64,000 nt of DNA from Bacilli bacterium (GTDB taxonomy: Bacteria; Bacillota_I; Bacilli_A; RF39; UBA660), in the NCBI GenBank assembly GCA_017617435.1, contig JAFZWF010000018.1, positions 52,642 to 116,641 on the forward strand. The letters are read 5' to 3'. Under the pieces are notes generated by a model that was not told the DNA's origin, ran no database searches, and saw only the letters and a list, made by a program, of their open reading frames with translations. Both the position numbers and the translations under genes were made by a program. Shown piece by piece: positions 1-10,251 of the stretch (the stretch's first letter is position 1; the number at the start of each line of letters is the position of its first letter).

Positions 1-485
1 GTTCTGAATTTACAAGAATTACTCATCATGATGCAGTAGAACTTTTAATTAATTCTGGAGAAAAATGGGAATTTACACCTGATTATGAAAGTGATATTGC
101 TAAAGAACATGAAAAGTGGATTACAGAACACTTTAATGGACCTGTATTTATATATAACTGGCCTAAAGATATTAAAGCTTGGTATATGAAACTAAATGAT
201 GATGGTAAAACAGTTGCTGCTGTTGACCTTGAAGTACCAGGTTCTGGTGAATTAATCGGTGGTTCTGAAAGAGAAGTTGATATTAACAAACTTGAAGAAC
301 TTATTAAAATTCACGGTGTAGATAGATCTCAAGTTGACTGGTATGTTAACTTAAGAAAATTTGGTGGAGTATATCACTCTGGTTATGGACTAGGATTTGA
401 AAGATTAATCATGTATCTAACTGGTATTGAAAACATTCGTGATGTTATACCTTATCCAAGAACTCCAGGAAACTGTGAGTATTAG
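1..485 (+). CDS. asnS: asparaginyl-tRNA synthetase, C-terminal part (5' end outside the window; frame starts at nt 3)
   Basis: Frame is open from the window edge. Class IIb aaRS motifs FIYNWPKDIKAWYM, GSGELIGGSERE and GFERLIMYLTGIENIRDVIPYPRTPG. Confidence 0.85.
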   Translation, partial: SEFTRITHHDAVELLINSGEKWEFTPDYESDIAKEHEKWITEHFNGPVFIYNWPKDIKAWYMKLNDDGKTVAAVDLEVPGSGELIGGSEREVDINKLEELIKIHGVDRSQVDWYVNLRKFGGVYHSGYGLGFERLIMYLTGIENIRDVIPYPRTPGNCEY

Positions 486-496
486 GAGGTGTAATA

Positions 497-790
497 GTGG
501 AATTTACAAAAGAAACTGTAGATAAACTAGCTGACCTTTTAATGATAGGTTTAACTGATGAAGAAAACAAAATGGTTTTAGATGAATTTGAAATTATTGA
601 TGAAAACATCAATAAAATCAATGAAATTGAAAATTTAAAAGATGTTGAACCTATGACTCATACTCTTGATGATTTTGAATGTTCATTTAGAGAAGATGAA
701 GCTATAGATTCAACTCCAATTGATGAACTACTTTCAAACTGTGATAAAGTAAGTGATAGAGAAGTAGAACTTCCTAAGGTGGTGGGATAA
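497..790 (+). CDS. gatC: Asp/Glu-tRNA amidotransferase subunit C
   Basis: 97 aa, GTG start 7 nt after AGGAGG (484-489). Acidic GatC-like sequence, with TAATG overlap into gatA. Confidence 0.85.
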   Translation: MEFTKETVDKLADLLMIGLTDEENKMVLDEFEIIDENINKINEIENLKDVEPMTHTLDDFECSFREDEAIDSTPIDELLSNCDKVSDREVELPKVVG

Positions 791-2253
791 TGAATTACAT
801 GAACTTAGGAATTGAAGAACTTCATAATTTACTTAAGGAAGGAAAAGTTACTTCTAAAGAATTAATTGAAGAATCACTTAAACTTTCTCATGAAGTTCAA
901 GATAAATGTAATGCTTTTGTAAGCATTTTAGATGATGCTAAAGAACAAGAAGTAACAGATAATTTACTTTCTGGAATACCTTTTGGTGTTAAAGATAATT
1001 ATTCAACAAAAAGTGTACTTTCAACTGGATCATCTAACACGCTAAAAGATTATGTACCATTTTTTGATGCAACAGCATATAAGAATTTAAAAAATGCTGG
1101 TGCAGTAATGGTTAATAAAACTGCTATGGATGAATTTGGTATGGGAGGAACTGGAACTACTGGTCATACAGGTATACAAAAAAATCCTTGGGATTTAACA
1201 AGAATGTGTGCTGGATCTTCTTCTGGTTCTGCATGTGCTGTTGCATCCGGTGTTTATCCTTATGCTCTTGGATCAGATACAGGGGATTCAATTAGAAAAC
1301 CTGCTGCATACTGTGGAATAGTAGGTTATAAACCTACTTATGGACTTATTTCAAGATATGGTTTATTTGCTTTTGCATCAAGTTTAGATCACTGTGGTGT
1401 TTTAACAAGAAGTGTTAAAGATGCTGCAATAGTTGTAGATGAAATGAAGGGTAAAGATGAAAAAGATTTAACTTCATGGGACTCATCTAATATTAATTTA
1501 AAAGATGCTTTAACAGGTGATATAAAAAATAAAAAACTTTGTTATATTAAAGAACTTTGTGATATTAATTCATATGAAAATCCAAATGAAGAACTTGTTA
1601 AACATTTAGAAAACTTTAAAGAAAAAATAGAACTTATTAAAAATAGTGGCGTTATAGTTGAAGAAGTATCTGTTGATAGAAAACTTCTTAATGCTATAGC
1701 ATCAGTATATGTAATTTTATCTTGTTCTGAAGCAACATCTAATTTAAGTAATTTAACTGGTATTTCTTTTGGACCACGTGGTGAAGGAAACTCTTGGGAA
1801 GAACAAGTTAAAGATTATAGAACAAAAGGTTTTTCACCATTAATAAAAAGAAGATTTGTAATCGGTTCATATATTTTGCAAAAAGAAAACCAAGAAAGAT
1901 ATTTTATTAATGCTCAAAAGGTAAGAAGACTTGTTGTTGATACTTGGAAAAAATTATATGAAACTTATGATGCAGTAGTTTTACCTGTTGGTATTGGGCC
2001 TGCAAAACTTTTAGATGGCTCACAAGATGCACTAACTAAAGATGATAATATTCAAGCACTTGATGAACATCTACAAGTTGCAAATTTTGGTGGTTTTCCA
2101 TCAATTACAATTCCAGATGGATTTGTAAATAATTTACCTGTTGGTCTTAATATAACAGGTAACTGCTATAAAGATGAAGATGTACTTAACATTGCTTATG
2201 CTATTGAATCTTTAATGGATTATAAAAATCAAATAGCAAAGGAGGTTAGGTAA
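790..2253 (+). CDS. gatA: Asp/Glu-tRNA amidotransferase subunit A
   Basis: Amidase signature region (GGTGTTGH, AGSSSGSACAVA, GSDTGDSIRKPA). Sits in the gatC-gatA-gatB order. Confidence 0.95.
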   Translation: MNYMNLGIEELHNLLKEGKVTSKELIEESLKLSHEVQDKCNAFVSILDDAKEQEVTDNLLSGIPFGVKDNYSTKSVLSTGSSNTLKDYVPFFDATAYKNLKNAGAVMVNKTAMDEFGMGGTGTTGHTGIQKNPWDLTRMCAGSSSGSACAVASGVYPYALGSDTGDSIRKPAAYCGIVGYKPTYGLISRYGLFAFASSLDHCGVLTRSVKDAAIVVDEMKGKDEKDLTSWDSSNINLKDALTGDIKNKKLCYIKELCDINSYENPNEELVKHLENFKEKIELIKNSGVIVEEVSVDRKLLNAIASVYVILSCSEATSNLSNLTGISFGPRGEGNSWEEQVKDYRTKGFSPLIKRRFVIGSYILQKENQERYFINAQKVRRLVVDTWKKLYETYDAVVLPVGIGPAKLLDGSQDALTKDDNIQALDEHLQVANFGGFPSITIPDGFVNNLPVGLNITGNCYKDEDVLNIAYAIESLMDYKNQIAKEVR

Positions 2254-2254
2254 T

Positions 2255-3694
2255 ATGGGTAAATACTATGTAACAATTGGTATTGAAATGCACTGTGAAG
2301 GATCTAAAACTAATTCAAAAATGTTTTCACCTTCTAAAAATACATATAATGATTTATCAAATGATAATGTTTGTGAAATTGATATGGGATTTCCAGGAGT
2401 ACTTCCTGCACCAAATAAAAAAGGTGTAGAACAAGCTATTAAAATGGCAACAGTACTACATTCAAATATACCTAAATATATGTACTGGGAAAGAAAAAAT
2501 TATTATTACCCAGATCTTCCAAAAGGATATCAGCTTACTCAAAATCCTCCATATGATTGTATTGGTAATGGTGGATATATAGATATCGAAAGAGAAGATG
2601 GCTCAACTTTTAGAGTTGAAATAGATAATCTTCACTTAGAAGAAGATTCAGCTCAAATGGAGCATTTATATAACACTTCAATTATTAATTATAATCGATG
2701 TGGAGTTCCACTTTTTGAACTTGTTACTAAACCATGCCTTCATAATGCTGATGATACTATTTTATATCTTGAATATATTAGATCAATATATCAGTATTTA
2801 GGTATTTCTGAAGCTGATTCAAAAAAAGGTCAAATAAGATGTGACGTAAACGTTTCAATTAGTGATGATGAAAATACACTTGGTACTAAAGTTGAAACAA
2901 AAAACGTTAATTCATTTAGTGCTGTTAGAGATGTAATTAATTATGAAATTGAAAGACAATCTATTTTAAAAGATCAAGGAAGATATAACGAAGTAGAACA
3001 AGAAACTAGACGTTGGGATGAGGAAACTGGTACAACTGTTAGAATGCGTTCTAAAGTTGATGCTATTGATTATAAATACTTTGTTGAACCTAATATTCCA
3101 AAAATTAAAATTGAAGAATCTTGGGTAGAAGAAATTAAAAAAACACTGCCTGAACTTCCATACGAAAGAAAAAATAAATATATTAATGATCTTGGTTTAT
3201 CAGATTATGATTCAAGAATATTAATAAAAGAAAAGAAAACATCAGATTATTTTGAAGAATGTCTAAAGTTAGGAATAGAACCTAAAACTGCAGCTAATTG
3301 GATAATTACAATGGTTCTTGGATATATCTACAAAGAATTTATTGAAATAGATGAAATATTCTTAACTCCTGAAAGACTTTATAAAATAACTGAAGCAATT
3401 AAAAAAGGTACTATTTCTTCAAAACAAGGAAAAGAATTATTTAATCTTGTACTTGAAAGAAACGAAGAACCTGAAAAAATAATGAAAGATGAAGGTATGG
3501 AACAAATTTCTGATGATGGTGCTATTAAATCTATTATTGAAGAAGTTTTAAGTGAAAATCCTTCTCAAATCGAAGCATATAAAAACGGAAGAACCAATAT
3601 GTTTGACTATTTTGTTGGTCAAGTTATGAAAAAAACTAGAGGACAAGCAAATCCGTCATTAGTTAAGGAAATTTTGACAGAATTACTCAAATAA
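2255..3694 (+). CDS. gatB: Asp/Glu-tRNA amidotransferase subunit B
   Basis: GatB motifs IGIEMHCE, LHLEEDSAQ and RCDVNVS, plus a C-terminal GatB/YqeY tail (FFVGQVMKKTRGQANP). Confidence 0.95.
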   Translation: MGKYYVTIGIEMHCEGSKTNSKMFSPSKNTYNDLSNDNVCEIDMGFPGVLPAPNKKGVEQAIKMATVLHSNIPKYMYWERKNYYYPDLPKGYQLTQNPPYDCIGNGGYIDIEREDGSTFRVEIDNLHLEEDSAQMEHLYNTSIINYNRCGVPLFELVTKPCLHNADDTILYLEYIRSIYQYLGISEADSKKGQIRCDVNVSISDDENTLGTKVETKNVNSFSAVRDVINYEIERQSILKDQGRYNEVEQETRRWDEETGTTVRMRSKVDAIDYKYFVEPNIPKIKIEESWVEEIKKTLPELPYERKNKYINDLGLSDYDSRILIKEKKTSDYFEECLKLGIEPKTAANWIITMVLGYIYKEFIEIDEIFLTPERLYKITEAIKKGTISSKQGKELFNLVLERNEEPEKIMKDEGMEQISDDGAIKSIIEEVLSENPSQIEAYKNGRTNMFDYFVGQVMKKTRGQANPSLVKEILTELLK

Positions 3695-3711
3695 TATTAA
3701 AAATGTAAATG

Positions 3712-3762
3712 ATAGTTGCGTAATTTCCAATGTTAATTGGTAGTGCGCAACTATTATTTTTT
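3712..3762 (+). terminator. rho-independent terminator after gatB
   Basis: ATAGTTGCG (3712-3720) pairs with CGCAACTAT (3746-3754). An inner CCAAT/ATTGG pair is present, followed by a T-run. Confidence 0.7.
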
Positions 3763-3856
3763 ATATAATTTCCACGTAAAGTTTTAAATGCAATATTATT
3801 AATTTGCTTGACTTTACATATATTTTTAAGGTAATATTGCTGAGGAGTTGAAAAAA

Positions 3857-6178
3857 ATGTTAAGAGTTAAAAATATAAAAAAGAGTTATAAAACAGGAGA
3901 TTTCAACCAAGACGCTCTAAAAGGTGTAAGTATTGATTTTAGAGAAAATGAATTTGTTTCTATTCTTGGTGCATCAGGTTCTGGTAAAACAACATTACTT
4001 AATATTATAGGTGGACTTGACCGATATGATTCAGGAGATTTAATCATTAATAATAAGTCTACAAAACAATTTAAAAATAAAGACTGGGATGCATACAGAA
4101 ATAATTGTATTGGTTTTATTTTTCAAAGTTATAACTTAATTAGTCATATTTCAATTCTTGCAAATGTTGAAATGGGACTTATTCTAAGTGGTAAATCAAA
4201 AAAATATGCTAAAAGAAAGGCAAAAGAGTTATTAACTAAAGTTGGTCTTAAAGATCATGCTCATAAAAAACCTAATCAATTATCTGGTGGGCAAATGCAA
4301 AGAGTTGCAATAGCAAGAGCACTTGCAAATGACCCAGAAATTATTCTTGCTGATGAACCAACCGGAGCACTAGATTCTAAAACAAGCGTTCAAATAATGA
4401 AACTTATTAAAGAAATAGCTAAAGATAAATTAGTTATTATGGTAACTCATAATCCGGATCTTGCTAAAGAATATTCAACAAGAATAATCGAGCTTAAAGA
4501 TGGTGAACTAGTAAGTGATTCTAATCCAATTAGTAAAGATGAAAAAGATAACAAAGATATAACAATTAAGAAAACAAAAATGAGTTTCTTAACAGCGCTT
4601 AATTTATCTTTTAATAATATTAAAACTAAAAAGGGTAGAACATTCTTAACAGCATTTGCATCAAGTATAGGTATTATCGGTATAGCTCTTATTTTAGCTT
4701 TATCTAATGGTTTTAAAATTCAAATAGATAAATTTGAAAAAGATACATTATCACAAATGCCAATTATAATAACGCAACAAGTAGCTGTAATGGATGAAGA
4801 TGCAACAAACAGTTTTATAGATCAAATGAAGGTTACAGATGAATCTTATTCAAATAGCAAAAAAATACATGCTATAAAAGATCAAACTAGTATTATGCAT
4901 ACTAATAAAATTGATTTAGATTACATTGAATATCTAGAAGAACTTGACCAAGATTTAATTGGTGGAGTAAGTTATATGAGAACAATTAATATGAACTTAC
5001 TACATAAAAATGTTACAACAGGTAAAATTGAACTAATGCCTCAATCAGCAACACAACCAATTTTATTCCCACTTCCAGAAAATTTTGATGGATCTAAAGG
5101 ACAAGTAATTGAAGATAATTTCGAATTAATTTATGGTAAAGAACCAGAAAATTATAATGAATTACTTCTTTTAATTGATATCAATAATGGTTTGGATGAA
5201 AACTTCTTTAAAACATTTGGTTTTGATACTTCAAAAGAAATTTCATTTGATGATATGTTAAACTTAGAATTCCAAATTGTCTTAGATAATGATTTTTATA
5301 CACAATACGGTAATCAATTTGCACCAGCCCAAGATTATGAATCTTTATACAATAATAAAAACAATATAACTCTTAAAATTGTTGGTATTATAAGAGGTAA
5401 AGAAGGAAGTAAGTTTGCTCAGTACTCTGGTAATGGTATTACTTATAAAGAATCACTTGTTGATTATGTTCTTGATAAAAATAAGGATTCAAAAATTGTT
5501 AAAGCACAAGAATCAAGCAATTATAACGTTTTAACTGGAGAAAAGTTTGATACAAGCAGTGCTGAAGGAATACTTGCAAAAGAAAACACTTTAGCATATG
5601 TTGGTGGTACAACAGCTCCATATACTGTTCAACTTTACCCAAAAGATTTCAAATCTAAAGATAAAGTTTTAAAACATTTAGATGCATTTAATGAAGGAAA
5701 AGAAGAGGAAGATAAAATAATTTATACAGATATGGCCGCAGCTATATCAAGCTTATCAAATGGAATTATGGATGGTATAACAATTGTTTTAATTGCGTTT
5801 TCATCAATTAGTTTAGTTGTTTCATCTATAATGATAGGTATTATTATGTATATAAGTGTTCTTGAAAGAACAAAAGAAATAGGTATTTTAAAAGCATTAG
5901 GTGCAAGAAATAAAGATGTAACGAGAGTATTTAATGCTGAAACATTTATTATTGGTATGGCATCAGGTATAATTGGTTTATTAATAGCTAACATTTTATG
6001 TATACCAATAAGTATTGTTATTGAAAAGATTACAACGCTTCAAAATGTTGCACAACTTAGAATATCACACGAATTAATACTTTTATTTATTAGTGTTACA
6101 TTAACACTTATTGGTGGATTTATACCTGCTAAAATAGCAAGTAAAAAAGACCCTGTTAATGCGCTTAGAACTGAATAA
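3857..6178 (+). CDS. MacB-type ABC transporter, fused ATPase and FtsX-family permease
   Basis: Walker A GASGSGKTT, signature LSGGQMQRVAIARAL, Walker B ILADEPTGALD. Large extracytoplasmic domain and C-terminal FtsX-like TM bundle. ATG 3857 is preferred because GAGGAG (3842-3847) abuts the TTG at 3848. Confidence 0.85.
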   Translation: MLRVKNIKKSYKTGDFNQDALKGVSIDFRENEFVSILGASGSGKTTLLNIIGGLDRYDSGDLIINNKSTKQFKNKDWDAYRNNCIGFIFQSYNLISHISILANVEMGLILSGKSKKYAKRKAKELLTKVGLKDHAHKKPNQLSGGQMQRVAIARALANDPEIILADEPTGALDSKTSVQIMKLIKEIAKDKLVIMVTHNPDLAKEYSTRIIELKDGELVSDSNPISKDEKDNKDITIKKTKMSFLTALNLSFNNIKTKKGRTFLTAFASSIGIIGIALILALSNGFKIQIDKFEKDTLSQMPIIITQQVAVMDEDATNSFIDQMKVTDESYSNSKKIHAIKDQTSIMHTNKIDLDYIEYLEELDQDLIGGVSYMRTINMNLLHKNVTTGKIELMPQSATQPILFPLPENFDGSKGQVIEDNFELIYGKEPENYNELLLLIDINNGLDENFFKTFGFDTSKEISFDDMLNLEFQIVLDNDFYTQYGNQFAPAQDYESLYNNKNNITLKIVGIIRGKEGSKFAQYSGNGITYKESLVDYVLDKNKDSKIVKAQESSNYNVLTGEKFDTSSAEGILAKENTLAYVGGTTAPYTVQLYPKDFKSKDKVLKHLDAFNEGKEEEDKIIYTDMAAAISSLSNGIMDGITIVLIAFSSISLVVSSIMIGIIMYISVLERTKEIGILKALGARNKDVTRVFNAETFIIGMASGIIGLLIANILCIPISIVIEKITTLQNVAQLRISHELILLFISVTLTLIGGFIPAKIASKKDPVNALRTE

Positions 6179-6207
6179 GATAAACTTTTATAGTTTATCT
6201 TTTTTAT
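6178..6207 (+). terminator. rho-independent terminator
   Basis: AGATAAAC (6178-6185) pairs with GTTTATCT (6193-6200), then TTTTTT. Confidence 0.75.
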
Positions 6208-6262
6208 TGTATTTATCTTTATATATGATATAATTTTAAGTATAGTAGAGGGTGTTGATTAG

Positions 6263-8023
6263 ATGTTTGGAAAAATACTTTATATTAACGATAATATAGC
6301 TCATGTTGAAAATCCTAATTCAAGTAATTTAGACGCACAAAGTGATTTAATGAACATGCACGTAATCTTTGAATCTAATGATCAAAGAATCTTAGGTGAG
6401 GTTACAGAGTTTAATCAAGAACTTATTAAAATTAAATTCTTAGGAGAATTTATAAACGGAAAATATGTTAATGGTGTTTTAAGAAAGCCACTTCTTTCAT
6501 CTACAATAAGAATAATAAATGGTGAAGAATTAAAAGAATTAGTTGGTTCAAGCACTGAAGCAACATTTCCACTTGGAATTAGCGCTGTTTATAAAGACTT
6601 TATGATTTATCCTAAAGTAAACGATTTATTTTCTAATCATTTAGCTATTTTTGGTAACTCCGGATCAGGTAAATCATGTGGTGTTGCCAGAATAGTTCAA
6701 AACCTATTTACTAATCGTAGTTTACTTTCATTTAATGCAAATTTATTTATTTTTGATGCATATGGTGAATATAAAAATGCATTTAGTAATTTAAATCAAC
6801 TTAACCCTAATTATAATTATAAATTTATAACAACAAATAAAACTGACGCTGAAGACTTTGATTTAAAAGTTCCATTTCATCTTTTAAATTTAGATGATAT
6901 TGCTCTTTTACTTCAAGCATCAACTCATAGTCAGTTGCCAATAATCGAAAGAACGATAAAACTATGTCGTATATTTGCTTTAAAAAATGATGAATCAAAC
7001 AAATATAAAAATCATTTAATTGCTAAAGCAGTTCTTGCAGTTTTATTTTCAAATCAAACTATTTCAAGTAAGAAAAATGACATATTTAAAATTATAGAAG
7101 TATGTCATACACCTGAATTTAATTTCGATTCAACAATTTCTGGTCTTGGCTATACTAGAAGCTTTAGTGAATGCTTTGAAATAGATTCAAAAGGAAACTT
7201 TGGTGAAAGTGTTTTAATAACTGATTATATTTTAAAACATATTTCTGAAGAAATTGAAGCAATTGAAGAACCAAAAGATGTTATATATACAATTGATGAT
7301 TTTGCAAAAGCCCTTGAATTTACACTAATAAGTGAAGGCTTTCAAAATAATGAAAATTTATTTTCAGATGCTATCATATTAAAGGTTAGAATAAACGGAA
7401 TAATAACAAGTTCACTAAAAAGAATATTTGAAAATGCCCCATTTAAAACAGTAGGTGAATATATTACTAGCTTAGTTGCAAAAAACAATCGTAAAAGTCA
7501 AATAATAAACATAAATCTTGAAGATATCGATGATACTCATGCAAAAGTAATAGTTAAAATAATTTCAAGATTACTATTTGAATTTGCTAAAACAAATCAA
7601 AATAGAGGAAAGATTCCTTTCCATCTATTCTTAGAGGAAGCGCATAGATATATTCAAAAAGACAATGATACTTTCTTAATTGGTTATAATATATTTGATA
7701 GAATTGCTAAAGAGGGAAGAAAATATGGAGTTATACTTGATATTATAAGTCAAAGACCTGTTGAAATATCAGATACGGTAATAGCTCAGTGTTCAAACTT
7801 TATGATCTTTAAAATGACCCATCCTAAAGATATTAAATATATTGAGGAAATGCTTCCAAATATTTCTCAAGATGTAATTGAAAAGCAAAAAATATTACAA
7901 CCAGGAAATTGTGTTGCTTTCGGTTCAGCATTTAAAATTCCAATGATTATAAAAATGGAAATGCCTAATCCATCACCACACTCATCATCATGTGACATCA
8001 CAAATGTATGGAAAGCAAATTAA
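6263..8023 (+). CDS. HerA/DUF87-family ATPase (FtsK-HerA superfamily)
   Basis: N-terminal barrel-like segment, Walker A GNSGSGKS, FDAYGEY, Walker B HLFLEEAHRYI, and EGRKYGVILDIISQRP...AQCSNFMIFKM, in the HerA motif order. SD GAGGGTG. Confidence 0.75.
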   Translation: MFGKILYINDNIAHVENPNSSNLDAQSDLMNMHVIFESNDQRILGEVTEFNQELIKIKFLGEFINGKYVNGVLRKPLLSSTIRIINGEELKELVGSSTEATFPLGISAVYKDFMIYPKVNDLFSNHLAIFGNSGSGKSCGVARIVQNLFTNRSLLSFNANLFIFDAYGEYKNAFSNLNQLNPNYNYKFITTNKTDAEDFDLKVPFHLLNLDDIALLLQASTHSQLPIIERTIKLCRIFALKNDESNKYKNHLIAKAVLAVLFSNQTISSKKNDIFKIIEVCHTPEFNFDSTISGLGYTRSFSECFEIDSKGNFGESVLITDYILKHISEEIEAIEEPKDVIYTIDDFAKALEFTLISEGFQNNENLFSDAIILKVRINGIITSSLKRIFENAPFKTVGEYITSLVAKNNRKSQIININLEDIDDTHAKVIVKIISRLLFEFAKTNQNRGKIPFHLFLEEAHRYIQKDNDTFLIGYNIFDRIAKEGRKYGVILDIISQRPVEISDTVIAQCSNFMIFKMTHPKDIKYIEEMLPNISQDVIEKQKILQPGNCVAFGSAFKIPMIIKMEMPNPSPHSSSCDITNVWKAN

Positions 8024-8052
8024 AACTTGCATTATATGCAAGTTTTTCTTTT
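8023..8052 (+). terminator. rho-independent terminator isolating the HerA-like gene
   Basis: AAACTTGCA (8023-8031) pairs with TGCAAGTTT (8037-8045), and the T-run continues to 8052. Confidence 0.8.
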
Positions 8053-8130
8053 ACAATCATACTATTTAATTGACTTTAATTATTATTTAAAGTATGATAA
8101 AAAGTACACTTATTAAAGAAGGAATTAATA

Positions 8131-8979
8131 ATGCAAGATGTAAAAACATACCTAAAAAGACTATATTCAAAAGAAATAACGCCAGAAGAAATATTTAATA
8201 TTTTTAGTATGCTTTTAAAAGAAAATAATTTACTAAATAAGGTTAGTTACATCAGATTTATAAACGATAATAATAATCATCTATCATCAGATGTTGCCGT
8301 ATATTTTAAAGAACAAAAAACAATTATTTTTGATCTTAAAAAATTAGAAAGTAAAATAAATGAAATTGACAAATCATATTTTGATGATATTGTTTATAGT
8401 CAAATTGTTACATTAAATGAAATATATATAGCACTTGAAAAAGTGTTTGTTGAAAATATTGATTCAACTTATGATCATAAAGAATTATTAAATATTAAAA
8501 ACTTGTTAATTAAATATAAAGAAAATCATGATAATGAAAAAAATAAGTATTTTGATTTAAATGATAATGATGTAAAAGTTTATTCTAAAATAAAAGAAGA
8601 TAATATAAAAATTGATATGTTATCACCAATTGACAGATATATAAAATTAAAAGCATTTTTCAAAACTGTAGATGCTATAAAATGTATGTATAAAAATAGA
8701 GAAGAATTAATAGATTTTTATAATAATAACGTTGATATTATATCAAATGGATATGGTAAAGAAGGAAATACTATAACTTATCCAATATACAATTATTTTT
8801 CAAAAAGAAATCAAAAAGAAGGAAAAAAATATTTAAGAGAATGTGATTGGTATGAAGAAGACTATATGGAAATGCTTTCTAATGTATCAAACAAATATTC
8901 TTTCGAAGAAAGATTGATCTACGGAATGCCAATTGATACATGCGAGTATCGTTTAATTAGAAAAAATAGCGAAGGTTAG
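8131..8979 (+). CDS. hypothetical protein (282 aa, N/K/D/E-rich, no recognisable motif)
   Basis: Long ORF with SD GAAGGA. Own promoter-like TTGACT-17-TATGAT upstream. Confidence 0.6.
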   Translation: MQDVKTYLKRLYSKEITPEEIFNIFSMLLKENNLLNKVSYIRFINDNNNHLSSDVAVYFKEQKTIIFDLKKLESKINEIDKSYFDDIVYSQIVTLNEIYIALEKVFVENIDSTYDHKELLNIKNLLIKYKENHDNEKNKYFDLNDNDVKVYSKIKEDNIKIDMLSPIDRYIKLKAFFKTVDAIKCMYKNREELIDFYNNNVDIISNGYGKEGNTITYPIYNYFSKRNQKEGKKYLRECDWYEEDYMEMLSNVSNKYSFEERLIYGMPIDTCEYRLIRKNSEG

Positions 8980-8987
8980 GGTTTTGC

Positions 8988-10178
8988 ATGAAGGAAAAAA
9001 TAAATAAAATAATATATGTTTTTGATGATAATTTAGATTCAGTTATTTCATTTGAAGCAAGTCAAAAAGGATTGTACGATCTTTTATTAAAATATAATTT
9101 TGCTATTGTTTCTTATGAATTGTTAAAAGATAAAAAATCATATATAAATTTAGTTTATCTAACTGAACTTTATAATAAGATATTTGATGAATTTGATTTC
9201 ACTCTTGAAATTAAAAATAACAATGAACTTATGAAATTCTATAAAAATGTTAAAGAATTATCATCAAATTTTTATCAGCACATGTCAAATAATAAATCAA
9301 CACTTGATAAATTAATTAGTTATTATAAATTAACAATAAATGGTTATTCATATTCTATAGAATATGAATTTGATAATGTTGAAGACTATAAAAAGATAAA
9401 TAACATTGAAACATTAACTATGAATAGAGTAATGGGCGGAATATCAACTATTGATTTATCAGACCTTGATGATGAACCAACAGATGAAGAAATAGAAGAA
9501 TATATGAAAGATCCAGACTGTAATTTAGAAAGTGAATTAATTTTGGACACTATTTATTGTTATCCTATTCATGAAGATTTCTTCCATTATTTAGATGAAC
9601 AATTAAGACTTGAAACTAAAGCGGAAGATTTATTAAATCTAGTTATCTACACAGAAGAATATTTACATCAATTTAAAGATAAACAAATATCTGATAACTA
9701 TAAAAAAGACTATGATAATTTAAATAAAACATTAAACTCTAAAAGAAATTTATTAAAAAAAGTTAAAACAAATTACAATATTTATTATCACAATATTAAA
9801 TCAGAATTATCATTTTCAATCGAAGCTATCCAAACAATGTATAATAATAAAGTTGTATTTATAAATAAAATTTTTAGTACATTTATCAATAAAGGTGATT
9901 TGAATTTTTTTAGAGAATTAAAAGCACTATTTAATGAATTCAATATTAAAGATGTAGATGACTGTATAAATCTAGTTAAACAGTTTTCAGATATGCTTGA
10001 AGAAAATAAAATGGATAATGAATTAATATGTTTAAAAAATTTAATAAAAAACGGAAATGTAACAAAATTTATATCTGATTTGTATAATGGATTCGATAAA
10101 GTTACAAAATCATTCATCTTTAATCAAAAATTTGAAAGATATCTTGATGATGGAAAAGATGGTCAAGAAAGGAAATAA
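8988..10178 (+). CDS. hypothetical protein (396 aa, acidic central segment, no recognisable motif)
   Basis: Long ORF 8 nt after the previous stop, so likely co-transcribed with it. Confidence 0.6.
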   Translation: MKEKINKIIYVFDDNLDSVISFEASQKGLYDLLLKYNFAIVSYELLKDKKSYINLVYLTELYNKIFDEFDFTLEIKNNNELMKFYKNVKELSSNFYQHMSNNKSTLDKLISYYKLTINGYSYSIEYEFDNVEDYKKINNIETLTMNRVMGGISTIDLSDLDDEPTDEEIEEYMKDPDCNLESELILDTIYCYPIHEDFFHYLDEQLRLETKAEDLLNLVIYTEEYLHQFKDKQISDNYKKDYDNLNKTLNSKRNLLKKVKTNYNIYYHNIKSELSFSIEAIQTMYNNKVVFINKIFSTFINKGDLNFFRELKALFNEFNIKDVDDCINLVKQFSDMLEENKMDNELICLKNLIKNGNVTKFISDLYNGFDKVTKSFIFNQKFERYLDDGKDGQERK

Positions 10179-10215
10179 GAATTAGTTCAAATTAGTGTAA
10201 ACTAATCCTTTTTTA

Positions 10216-10245
10216 TTGTACAAAAAACTATATCTTTGATATAAT
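10216..10245 (+). promoter_or_regulatory. sigma-A-type promoter with extended -10
   Basis: TTGTAC (10216-10221), 18-nt spacer, TGaTATAAT (10237-10245). Confidence 0.55.
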
Positions 10246-10251
10246 TTAAAT

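Noticed and set aside
83-289. Minus-strand 68-aa ORF inside asnS. The same pattern applies to the other antisense or alternate-frame track ORFs, which start at 5722, 9788, 10399, 11832, 17062, 18166, 21343, 21348, 21697, 25955, 26707, 29534, 32445, 33939, 38091, 38592, 39778, 39837, 40496, 41536, 41546, 43683, 45101, 47866, 54131, 54517 and 61396.
   Set aside because: All lie fully within, or largely overlap, longer ORFs that have clear family motifs. They have skewed shadow-type composition (L/I/F/S-rich) and lack SDs. They are typical shadow ORFs of AT-rich coding DNA.
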